Assembly: GCA_031410075.1 (NCBI GenBank)
Contig: JANNYL010000451.1
Span: 1 to 32,893 of the forward strand
Reading direction: 5' to 3'
Source of the DNA: Flavobacteriales bacterium
Lineage (GTDB): Bacteria > Bacteroidota > Bacteroidia > Flavobacteriales_F > PHOS-HE28
Length of the DNA stretch: 32,893 nt
Part shown: piece after piece, positions 16,882 through 24,889 of the stretch
How the letters are laid out: each line of letters begins with the position of its first letter
Numbering within the stretch: the stretch's first letter is position 1
Made by a program: the position numbers and the translations under genes
Notes under the pieces: model-generated
What the model saw: the letters and a program-made list of their open reading frames with translations, nothing else
The model's database searches: none
Told to the model about the DNA's origin: nothing

Positions 16882-18147
16882 ATGATATCCGAACACCCGG
16901 CGACCGACGGTACTGCACGAAATGGCCTTCGGCCTTGGTTCTTCGTCGCCTTGATGAACCTGTGCATCGCTGCTATCATAGGTTGCGTGCTTCGCAGCAT
17001 CTACATAGTCGAGATCCCACATGTCAACTTCAAGCCGCTGCTACACGCGCATTCGCACGTGGCCATGCTGGGGTGGATCTTCATGGCGCTCATGGTCTTC
17101 CTGCTGGAGGATGCCGATAGTGCGGACAAGCGCAAAGGCCACCGCTTACTGTTGTTGATCGTTCAGGTGGCGGTAGTTGGCATGTTGGTGAGTTTCCCAG
17201 TGCAGTCCTATGGTCCGGTGTCCATCGCCTTCACCACGTTACACATGCTGATCTCCTATGTGTTGGCGGTGTTCGCATGGAAGGGTACCCAGCATTGGGT
17301 GCCGAGTGGTAGTCGCCGGTTGGTGCGCATCGCGATCTGGATGATGGTGCTTTCCACCTTGGGTGTTTGGGCCATGGGCCCCTTGCTTGCGAGCGGACTC
17401 TTCGGCACCGAGTGGTATTACTGGAGCATCCAGTTCTTTCTGCACTTCCAGTTCAATGGCTGGTTCTGGTTCGCTGCCCTCGCGTTGTGGAGCCGTTGGG
17501 CCGAAACACATGGTGCGGATGAACCGCTGGATCCCTTCACCATCCGACTGTGGTTGGTTTCCGCGGTGCTCACGTTCGCGCTTGCCATTGCCTGGAGCGA
17601 ACGGCACTGGTACATCGTCGCCATTAACTCGATAGGCGTGTTGCTCCAACTATGGGCAGGTTGGCGCACTGCGAATTCCATTCGGCGTATGCAGGTGAAG
17701 TTGCACGACAAGGCCCCATTGTGGGCGTGGCGTTGCGTTACCTACGCGCTGATCGGCATGGGGCTGAAGGTACTGATGCAGGCCGCGGTATCCGTGCCGC
17801 AAATGGCGGACATGGCGCTCACCATCCGCAACTACGTGATCGGCTTCATCCATCTCAACATGCTTGGCGCCATCAGCATGATGCTATTCGCCATGGCCCT
17901 CGTGCGCGGCTGGTTCGTTTCCACCGACCGGCTCGTGCGCATCGGTTTGTCGCTCTTCACATCCGGCGTGTTGCTCAGCGAGGCCGCCCTCTTCTTGCAA
18001 GGCACGTTTTTCTGGATCGGTTGGGGCATGATCCCCGGTTACTACTGGATACAGTTCCTCACCTCGGTGCCGATACCCTTGGGGGTTATCGCGTTGCTGG
18101 TACACCTGGCAATAAAGCCCCCCGCAAGTGCTCGCGTAAGTGAATAG
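16882..18147 (+). CDS. Polytopic membrane protein, NnrS-like / heme-copper oxidase subunit I-like fold
   Basis: About 12 hydrophobic segments; His motifs HAHSHVAMLGW, LHFQFNGW and IHLNMLG. Family assignment is inferred. Confidence 0.65.
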   Translation: MISEHPATDGTARNGLRPWFFVALMNLCIAAIIGCVLRSIYIVEIPHVNFKPLLHAHSHVAMLGWIFMALMVFLLEDADSADKRKGHRLLLLIVQVAVVGMLVSFPVQSYGPVSIAFTTLHMLISYVLAVFAWKGTQHWVPSGSRRLVRIAIWMMVLSTLGVWAMGPLLASGLFGTEWYYWSIQFFLHFQFNGWFWFAALALWSRWAETHGADEPLDPFTIRLWLVSAVLTFALAIAWSERHWYIVAINSIGVLLQLWAGWRTANSIRRMQVKLHDKAPLWAWRCVTYALIGMGLKVLMQAAVSVPQMADMALTIRNYVIGFIHLNMLGAISMMLFAMALVRGWFVSTDRLVRIGLSLFTSGVLLSEAALFLQGTFFWIGWGMIPGYYWIQFLTSVPIPLGVIALLVHLAIKPPASARVSE

Positions 18148-18157
18148 GCCCGCGCTT

Positions 18158-18245
18158 GCGTGTCGCGAGTGCGCTCTTGCAACTCTGCCAATAAACTTTC
18201 ACACCGTGTTCGAGCGCAGGTTTGCGCACTCGCGACACGCGGGCG
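18158..18245. repeat. REP-like inverted repeat (17-bp perfect arms)
   Basis: GCGTGTCGCGAGTGCGC (18158-18174) is the exact reverse complement of GCGCACTCGCGACACGC (18224-18240). 18207-18245 recurs at 20617-20655. Confidence 0.8.
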
Positions 18246-18440
18246 ATCGCTGGGGATCTCTTGCACTGGAACGAAGTTGATCGGTGGAGAAGACGACGTC
18301 TTCAACAGCAGTTGTCGTGGATACCTTCGCACAACCTGTCCCGTTCGCGATTTGGCACAAGAGACCCCGCCCTGTTTGCCAGAGGTATTGGTTGGGCGGG
18401 AACTCTTGCGCCAGAGGGGGGCAAGCAAAATCATGTTGCA

Positions 18441-19370
18441 ATGAAAGCACAGAACAGATTTGGAGGTGTGGTGCTGCTATGCCTAACCGCAAATGCAAGT
18501 ATGGCCCAATGCTTTCCGGATTCTTCCGCCTCATGGTGTTTCCTCAGCGCGGCCAATTCTGAAGCTGTGCATACCCACATGGTTATGGGTCCGGAGCCGG
18601 ATACCGTCATCCTTGGTCAAACTTATCAGCGCATTGAAGAGTTCAACGATCACTTGGACTTTGATATATGGCAGTTCGTTAAGCGATATTACGTTCGGTC
18701 GGATACCACGGGAAAAGGCTATGTTATGCTACTTGACTCGATGCAGGAATACTTGGTGGCCGATGTGAGTGCCTTGACCGGTGATACGGTGCACGATGTC
18801 TTGACTGCTAATAGTTGGGGTTTCGATCAAACCTATTGGCTCAAGCCCGTAATCGTGGATTCGGTCGTTGTGTTCGAGAACAACGGAGTTTCTGTTACGC
18901 GTCAATTTGTTCATGCTATTCAATGGGAACCGAGCTACCCTACCAGTTATGAGATCTTTTGGCAGGCAGGCATGGGCAATAGCTATGGTCCGGTTCTGAT
19001 TCAGGCAGTAGTTGGTAGTTTCGAAGTGCTTCAGTGTTTGAGAGTGCAGGATACCTATGTCTACGCAGCACTATTTGGGTATCCCGGCCTGCCCGGTATC
19101 CCGTGCGATTGTCCTTTAGAAGGCCCTTTGGGTGTTGAAGAGCTGCATACTGCTGAGCGTGTTATGGCAAGCCCCAACCCCTCTGCCGGTGTTTTCAAAT
19201 TCACCGGCCCTACCCCCACGGCAATACACATCCTCGATACCCAAGGCCGCACACTTTTTACCACTACCAAAACCGAAGTTGATCTGAGCGCTTACCCGGT
19301 GGGGTGCTACCGTGCGGTGGTGGTTTCGGAGAGTGGTAGGAGTAGTTTGCCGCTGGTGGTTGTGCGGTAA
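18441..19370 (+). CDS. T9SS type A sorting domain-containing secreted protein (paralogue 1)
   Basis: Signal peptide ending SMA-Q from ATG 18441; DTVILG..Y and YYVRSD..GKGY core; CTD SPNPSAG..F...ILDTQGR..G.Y..VVVR. Confidence 0.88.
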   Translation: MKAQNRFGGVVLLCLTANASMAQCFPDSSASWCFLSAANSEAVHTHMVMGPEPDTVILGQTYQRIEEFNDHLDFDIWQFVKRYYVRSDTTGKGYVMLLDSMQEYLVADVSALTGDTVHDVLTANSWGFDQTYWLKPVIVDSVVVFENNGVSVTRQFVHAIQWEPSYPTSYEIFWQAGMGNSYGPVLIQAVVGSFEVLQCLRVQDTYVYAALFGYPGLPGIPCDCPLEGPLGVEELHTAERVMASPNPSAGVFKFTGPTPTAIHILDTQGRTLFTTTKTEVDLSAYPVGCYRAVVVSESGRSSLPLVVVR

Positions 19371-19398
19371 GGGTGTGCTAAAGCGGCAAGGTGTTTTC
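19173..19398 (+). repeat. Direct repeat copy 1 (T9SS CTD coding region plus ~28 nt past the stop)
   Basis: Matches 20387-20612. Hand alignment of 19221-19370 against 20435-20584 gives 16 mismatches in 150 nt. Confidence 0.9.
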
Positions 19399-19430
19399 CT
19401 TGGGGTTACTATCAGAAATGAAGAACGCAG

Positions 19431-19700
19431 TTGTATTCGAGAACAGCTTGCCCAGATACCTTCGTTCGTCTGCGAGTTTTTCCAAACCCCGCGAGCGGTT
19501 CGTTCAATGTACATGCGAATTTTCTTACGCAGCAAGGGTCAGCAACGATCCGGCTTTACGGTCCCACGGGCAATCTGGCAATGTCCACTTCAATGCAAGG
19601 ACAAGAGCAGCGCTTCGTCACAAACAATCTTCGCGGCCTGTACATGGTGGTGGTTGAAGGCAACGGTAAACAACTAACGCACAAACTTGTTTTGCAATGA
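19431..19700 (+). pseudogene. Orphan T9SS CTD fragment (3' stump of a larger secreted protein gene)
   Basis: LRVFPNPASGSF...IRLYGPTG...GLYMVVV...KLVLQ* is a complete CTD with no signal peptide or cargo. Its TGA overlaps the next ATG. Confidence 0.75.
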
Positions 19701-20584
19701 GACATGCAAAGACCATCGGATGTCTCGCAATGCTCCAGTGCTTACTTGCGGTACCAAGCATGGCGCAATTCTATCCCGAAGCCCAAGCTTGTTGGGATGG
19801 TGTAGATGATGATGGCGGTCCGCCGGATTATCAAGTCGGCTTCCGAATGGGGCTGACACCGGATACCCTCATCAATGGCACGGCGTACAAGAAGATCGAC
19901 GAATACCGGCACTCTGAGTTCACGAGGTCTTATTTCGTCCGCTCCGATCCAAGTGGCAAGGGTTACGCCTACTTGCCAGACTCTGCGGCTGAATTTCTGA
20001 CTGGCGATATAACGGCACAGGCAGGGGATACGGTGTATGACGTTTTGTGGAGCTTGACAAGTGCAAATGATATTTTCTATAGCCTACAGAATACCGTAGT
20101 TGATTCTGTTGTAGTGCTTACAAATGCGGGGGTAACCGTTACCCGGCACTACGTCAACAACAATGGTTCATTGGGCTTCTATCGTTTCTGGCAGGCTGGA
20201 ATGGGTGCCTCCTACGGTCCGATGCTTGAGGCAACTGGAAATGCATGGGGTTGCTCTGTCGGAGACACAGCGATGTTCGGTTGTTTAGCAGATGGCCTTC
20301 TTCCTGGTCCCATAGGCGAATGCACATGCTCAGTTCCAGGAAATGGGATCAATGACCACATTCGGCCACAAGAAATTCAGGTGCTTCCCAACCCCTCCAC
20401 CGGCCTCTTCCAATTCACCGGCATTTTCCCCACCGCAATACACATACTCGATACCCAAGGCCGCACACTTTTTACCACCAACAAACCAGAAGTAGACCTA
20501 AGCGCCTACCCAGTTGGGTGCTACCGGGCGGTGGTGGTTTCGGAGAGTGGTAAGAGCAGCTTGCCGCTTGTGGTTGTGCGGTAA
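19697..20584 (+). CDS. T9SS type A sorting domain-containing secreted protein (paralogue 2)
   Basis: Signal peptide ending SMA-Q; PDTLINGTAY, YFVRSDPSGKGY, FWQAGMG.SYGP shared with paralogue 1; CTD LPNPSTG. Confidence 0.88.
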   Translation: MRHAKTIGCLAMLQCLLAVPSMAQFYPEAQACWDGVDDDGGPPDYQVGFRMGLTPDTLINGTAYKKIDEYRHSEFTRSYFVRSDPSGKGYAYLPDSAAEFLTGDITAQAGDTVYDVLWSLTSANDIFYSLQNTVVDSVVVLTNAGVTVTRHYVNNNGSLGFYRFWQAGMGASYGPMLEATGNAWGCSVGDTAMFGCLADGLLPGPIGECTCSVPGNGINDHIRPQEIQVLPNPSTGLFQFTGIFPTAIHILDTQGRTLFTTNKPEVDLSAYPVGCYRAVVVSESGKSSLPLVVVR

Positions 20585-20612
20585 GGTGTGCTAAAGCGGC
20601 AATGTGTTTTCT
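20387..20612 (+). repeat. Direct repeat copy 2 (T9SS CTD coding region plus 3' tail)
   Basis: See 19173-19398; the last 51 aa are 48/51 identical. Confidence 0.9.
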
Positions 20613-20616
20613 TCCA

Positions 20617-20655
20617 TGTTCGAGCGCAGATTTGAGCACTCTCGACCCGCGAGCG
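20617..20655 (+). repeat. Second direct copy of the REP-like arm
   Basis: TGTTCGAGCGCAGATTTGAGCACTCTCGACCCGCGAGCG versus 18207-18245: 34/39 identical. Confidence 0.8.
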
Positions 20656-20729
20656 TGATCGCGGCAGCTCGTCTCTGGCGGGCTATTCTACCGCTTCATC
20701 CATCCCGTTGATCGTTTCAGAGTATCGGG

Positions 20730-20772
20730 TGACGAAGGTCACCAAAGAGGTGGCTCATATGCACCACCTTCG
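20730..20772 (+). promoter_or_regulatory. Crp/Fnr-like box and -7 element
   Basis: TGAC-GAAG-GTCA (20730-20741), 23-bp gap, CACCTTCG (20765-20772). Confidence 0.65.
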
Positions 20773-20777
20773 ACGGT

Positions 20778-21959
20778 GTGAAAGGTCGCGGTATCATTCT
20801 TCGTGTGCTGTTTTCGGCGGTCTCCGGTATGTTCTGCTTTGCGCTTGTGCTTGGTCAGAACTTGGTACCGAACGGAGGCTTCGAGACCTTCAGTTCATTG
20901 CCCACCGGTTATGCCCAATTGTGCAAGGCCACGGGCTGGACCTCTGCGAGCAATGCGTGTACGATCGCACCCGGTTGCGGGCATCCCGACTACATGCACA
21001 CAGCGGGTGGCGCAGGCGTGCAAGCACCGAACACCACCTTTGGCACCACTATGCCGCACATCGGTAATGCGCTGATCGGCTTCACTCCATGGTATTTGGT
21101 GGGAGTCACCAACTTCCGCGAGTACCCGCGCATTACGCTCTCGTCCCCCTTTGTGCCGGGCCAATCGTATACCGTCTCATTCTGGACCACGAACGGCACC
21201 AACCCCTATTCCGGCTGGGGCATCAATAACCTGGGCGTTGCCTTCACCATAGCACCACTGAGCCAAAGCTGCGGTGCTCCGCTCACCGGGGTGATCCCGC
21301 AGATCGAGATCACTACCGTTGTCTTCAGTTCCACCTGGCAGCTGCACTCGTTCACCTTCACGCCTACGCAGCCGTTCCAGTACATGACCATTGGCAACTT
21401 CCACAATGATGCCGGCACCACTGCCGCGCAGATGTCGCCTACCGGCGGAATGGGAGCGTACTATTTTTTGGATGATGTGTCCGTGTCGCTCACCGTTCCG
21501 TTGCCGATCGTGCTGCTCGCGTTCGATGCGGTATGTGATGGAAGTTCGGTACGCGTGCAATGGAGTACGGCCTCGGAATCGAACAACGCCTATTTCACAG
21601 TGGAACGAAGTGCTGATGCCGAGAATTGGTTGCCCATCGGCACAGTTTCCGGTGCAGGCAATTCGCAACAACCAATACAGTACGAGTTCCAGGATGCCGA
21701 AGCCCTGACCGGTCCCGGTTACTATCGATTGAAACAGACGGACTACGACGGTGCATACGACTATTCTCCGGTGGTGAGCGCGACCGCATGCCGCGACAAA
21801 GAGGTACTGCAACGATGGATGGTTGATGCCAGCGGACGGATCTGCAGCACGTGGCCCGTTGCGGCTGGATCGATGGGCACGGGCATCTATCTCGTTCGCA
21901 CGGAGTACACCGATGGCTCGGTAGCGACCGCCAAGGTTGCAGTGCTACAACCCTATTGA
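20778..21959 (+). CDS. Secreted Bacteroidota protein with a QNLVPNGGFE beta-sandwich domain, a PLPI-type Ig-like domain and a shortened T9SS CTD
   Basis: Signal peptide VLG-Q; PLPIVLLAFDA...WSTASESNN..F.VERS..YYRLKQTDYDG; GIYLV..K.AV tail; GTG start. Confidence 0.82.
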   Translation: MKGRGIILRVLFSAVSGMFCFALVLGQNLVPNGGFETFSSLPTGYAQLCKATGWTSASNACTIAPGCGHPDYMHTAGGAGVQAPNTTFGTTMPHIGNALIGFTPWYLVGVTNFREYPRITLSSPFVPGQSYTVSFWTTNGTNPYSGWGINNLGVAFTIAPLSQSCGAPLTGVIPQIEITTVVFSSTWQLHSFTFTPTQPFQYMTIGNFHNDAGTTAAQMSPTGGMGAYYFLDDVSVSLTVPLPIVLLAFDAVCDGSSVRVQWSTASESNNAYFTVERSADAENWLPIGTVSGAGNSQQPIQYEFQDAEALTGPGYYRLKQTDYDGAYDYSPVVSATACRDKEVLQRWMVDASGRICSTWPVAAGSMGTGIYLVRTEYTDGSVATAKVAVLQPY

Positions 21960-22095
21960 GCAGATAGCCCGAAGGGGGCCTGATGTCTTTCTACTGGTTG
22001 ATCAATTAGTTGAAGACCGGACTTGTTGTTCGCTTCACTTCGGCCGACCGGACCGACCCGTTTCCTGTAAACAGAACAATGGGCCGGGCTGCAGC

Positions 22096-22416
22096 TCAGA
22101 CCACTGGTATTCGATAGCCGTTCAACTTCCGGTTCACGGCATTCCGCATGGCGCGGTTTCCACCATGCGCGTTAACCACATGCACACTGCCATTGAATTC
22201 GATGCGCACGTTCACGATCAGATCGCCATCCACCGGCATTTCTGTTCCCAATAACGGCTTCACGCATTGTTTGAGCTGGCGCCCAAGTCGTCGCTCGAGT
22301 GCTTGCGTGATCTCGGAGGATGAACTGTCCAATACGAGCGCTTCGGCTTCAGCATCTACACCGAAGGCCGAAATGGACGCAAAGACAAGAACAAGGCGGG
22401 CTAGCACGGTGCGCAT
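22096..22416 (-). CDS. Hypothetical exported protein (possibly TonB C-terminal-like)
   Basis: Signal peptide from ATG 22416; G.LIVNVRIEFNGSVHVV resembles TonB-CTD beta strands. Confidence 0.6.
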   Translation of the reverse strand: MRTVLARLVLVFASISAFGVDAEAEALVLDSSSSEITQALERRLGRQLKQCVKPLLGTEMPVDGDLIVNVRIEFNGSVHVVNAHGGNRAMRNAVNRKLNGYRIPVV

Positions 22417-22509
22417 GGCTCTATGGAATATGTTGGTCAAAGCTCTCCTCACAAAAGCTCGCGTCTACACTCTTGACAGCATTTATGAGCTTTTACCAAC
22501 CACAGGTTA

Positions 22510-22552
22510 TGATGACCGTCAGTCGACGATCCGGGATCCGTGGATAGTTTGC
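22510..22552 (+). promoter_or_regulatory. Crp/Fnr-like box and -7 element of the multicopper oxidase gene
   Basis: TGAT-GACC-GTCA (22510-22521), 23-bp gap, TAGTTTGC (22545-22552). Confidence 0.65.
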
Positions 22553-22573
22553 GGCCTCGCAGACCAAAAACCG

Positions 22574-24238
22574 ATGAAACTGACCTCCCTGTTCGTTGCT
22601 TCCTTGTGCTCACTTGCCGCAACAGCCCAGTTCAACAACCCGCTGGCCATACCACCTGCGCTGGACCAGGACACCTTCGATCTGGTGGTGGATGAACATG
22701 TGCACCAGTTCTATCCGGGGATCAACACGAACACGTTCGGCGCCAGCGCGGAGTATCTCGGCCCCACACTCATTTTCCACACGGGGGACAGTGCGCGCAT
22801 ACGCGTTCACAACGAGCTTGGAGAAATGACGAACATGCACTGGCACGGGCTGCATGTGCCCGCCGAATTCGATGGTGGCCCACCTCGCGAAGTGATGCCC
22901 GGCGAAACATGGGATGTGCATTACAAGGTGATGAATCCGGCCGGCACATACTGGTACCACCCGCATCCGCATGAAATGACCGCTGAGCAGGCCAACAAAG
23001 GAATTGCCGGTTTCATCATCGTACGCGATGCCGAAGAAGCGGCGCTCGAGTTGCCCCGCACTTACGGCGTGGATGATTTCCCGATCGTTGTCCAGGATCG
23101 CCGATTCTTGACCAACGGGAACTTCGCCTTCGCGCCGCTGGGCGATTCGATGTTGGTGAACGGAACGCCACGTCCTTACCTGCAATGCCCTGCACAAATT
23201 GTGCGACTGCGATTGCTGAACGGCTCGAACGCGCGGATCTATGAACTGGGCTTCGAGAACGATCAAGCATTCACCGTGATCGCCGGTGACGGCGGTTTGT
23301 TGAACGCGCCTGTTAGCCAGAACCGCATTCGGCTCAGCAACGGTGAACGTGATGAGATCCTCTTGGACCTCACCGGCATGGAAGGGGACAGCTTGATGCT
23401 GATGAGTTACGGTTCCGAATTGCCGACCACCGTTCCGGGTGGCTTGAATATCCTGTGGGAAGGCAGTGCACTGAACGCCATTGACTTCCCGGTGTTGCGT
23501 ATCCGGATCGGCGCACCCACGGCAGGTGCGATCACCAGTATTCCGGCAACCCTCGGTACCGCGACACCCTATGATGAAGCTTTGGCGACCAACACACGCA
23601 CCAAGGTTCTATCGGGAACCGGAATGATCGGCTTTGCGTCGTTCTACATCAACGGGCACAGTTTCGAAATGAACGTGATCAACGATACCATTCAGTTGGG
23701 CGCGATGGAAGTGTGGACCATCGTGAACAGTTCGAACATGGCCCATCCGTTCCATATACACGGTGGATCGTTCTATGTCTTGGATCGGGATGGTACAGCG
23801 CCTCCACTTTGGGAGCAAGGCGCCAAGGATGTTGTACTGATGGACGTTGGGGATACCGTGCGTGTGATCATGCGCTTCGATGATTACACCACGGATGGAT
23901 GGCCGTTCATGTACCACTGCCACAACCTGTTCCATGAGGACAATATGATGATGGCGCAATACATCATTGTGGATCCCAACGTGGCGGTGTCCGCTACGAA
24001 GCCGCTGTCGGAGCTGCGGGTGTTCCCTTCCCCAACCCGTTCAACCATTACCTATACAGCACCCTTTGTTGCAACCGAATTGCTGCTGATGGACCGCTTG
24101 GGTCGCATCGTACTTCGCCAAGCAGGTCTTGGAAGCAACACAGGACTCGTCGATATGACTTCGTTGACTTCCGGCGCCTACCTGTTGGTCGTTCGCTCGG
24201 ATGAACATGAAGTGAGAACGGCTGTCGTTCGCGAATAA
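22574..24238 (+). CDS. Three-domain multicopper oxidase (CueO/laccase-like) with a T9SS CTD
   Basis: Start ATG 22574 with signal peptide ATA-Q. Cu motifs HWHG, WYHPH, HPFHIHG, HCHNLFHEDNMMM. CTD VFPSPT...DRLGR...SGAYLL. Confidence 0.93.
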   Translation: MKLTSLFVASLCSLAATAQFNNPLAIPPALDQDTFDLVVDEHVHQFYPGINTNTFGASAEYLGPTLIFHTGDSARIRVHNELGEMTNMHWHGLHVPAEFDGGPPREVMPGETWDVHYKVMNPAGTYWYHPHPHEMTAEQANKGIAGFIIVRDAEEAALELPRTYGVDDFPIVVQDRRFLTNGNFAFAPLGDSMLVNGTPRPYLQCPAQIVRLRLLNGSNARIYELGFENDQAFTVIAGDGGLLNAPVSQNRIRLSNGERDEILLDLTGMEGDSLMLMSYGSELPTTVPGGLNILWEGSALNAIDFPVLRIRIGAPTAGAITSIPATLGTATPYDEALATNTRTKVLSGTGMIGFASFYINGHSFEMNVINDTIQLGAMEVWTIVNSSNMAHPFHIHGGSFYVLDRDGTAPPLWEQGAKDVVLMDVGDTVRVIMRFDDYTTDGWPFMYHCHNLFHEDNMMMAQYIIVDPNVAVSATKPLSELRVFPSPTRSTITYTAPFVATELLLMDRLGRIVLRQAGLGSNTGLVDMTSLTSGAYLLVVRSDEHEVRTAVVRE

Positions 24239-24253
24239 CCTGTTGCGATATCC

Positions 24254-24296
24254 TGATATTGATCATGTTCGCACGGTCGTGGTTCAAGAACTTTGC
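24254..24296 (+). promoter_or_regulatory. Crp/Fnr-like box and -7 element
   Basis: TGAT-ATTG-ATCA (24254-24265), 23-bp gap, AACTTTGC (24289-24296). Confidence 0.65.
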
Positions 24297-24320
24297 TCTT
24301 GTTCCAAACACGTCGATCAA

Positions 24321-24725
24321 ATGACCACGACTTACCAGGATCTCTACAGCAGCCTCGGCTTCTTGTTCTACAGCATTGCCGATAGTGATGGCAGGGTGAG
24401 TCCCGCCGAGGCGGATAAGCTGAAGGCGGTCATCAAAGAGCAATGGCTACCCTTGGAGAACAGCCGCGATGAACTCGGAACCGATTCGGGTCATTACATC
24501 GATATCAGTTTCGACTTCGCCAGGGATGAAGGCATGAAACCAGAGCAGGCGTTCGATCGCTTCGTCGAGGAATTCAAGGCTGATCCGGAACGGTTCGATG
24601 CCTCCATGCGACGGATGATCTTCGATACCGCTGCCGCGATCGCCAGCTCTTCGGGAGGCAACAGCAAATCGGAGCTTACTCGCTTGGTACAACTTGAACA
24701 GTTGTTCAAGAAGGGTGGCACATGA
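24321..24725 (+). CDS. TerB-like protein
   Basis: LFYSIADSDGRVSPAE..KL motif of TerB-like folds; ATG 24321. Confidence 0.72.
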   Translation: MTTTYQDLYSSLGFLFYSIADSDGRVSPAEADKLKAVIKEQWLPLENSRDELGTDSGHYIDISFDFARDEGMKPEQAFDRFVEEFKADPERFDASMRRMIFDTAAAIASSSGGNSKSELTRLVQLEQLFKKGGT

Positions 24726-24889
24726 TCATCGCCTGCTTCCATGGTCGATGCCTTCTTCCCGGAATGGTCCGGCGGGCCGCATGGAGATCTCATTCGGAGA
24801 TAGGTGCATAGTTTCACTCGTAGCAAGATGCTGGGGGCTGATTTTCGTTCGAACGAGTTGCCTCCCATCGAAGTTCATCAGCGCCAAGG

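Noticed and set aside
18222-18440. N-terminal extensions given by the ORF track (also 22148-22573, 8752-8874, 13531-13818, 16727-16822, 28928-29044)
   Set aside because: Signal peptides, family N-termini, overlap coupling and promoter positions all point to the downstream starts used here.
18158-20655. Repeats read as a CRISPR array, integron attC sites or a DGR template/variable pair
   Set aside because: No regular repeat-spacer period, no attC-type RYYYAAC/GTTRRRY ends recognised, and no integrase or reverse transcriptase in the window. Mismatches between the CTD copies are mostly synonymous and not confined to adenines.
21984-22018. Imperfect hairpin around TTGATCAA between convergent genes
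   Set aside because: Several mismatches and G-U pairs and no clear U-tract; it may be a terminator but is not supportable, and it is not a TGAY-N4-RTCA box.
22574-24238. Multicopper protein as copper nitrite reductase NirK
   Set aside because: It has the four HxH-type motifs of three-domain laccase-like oxidases and is too long for the two-domain NirK pattern.
24722-24811. 29-codon ORF overlapping the TerB-like stop (ATGA)
   Set aside because: Too short, with no recognisable features; may be chance.
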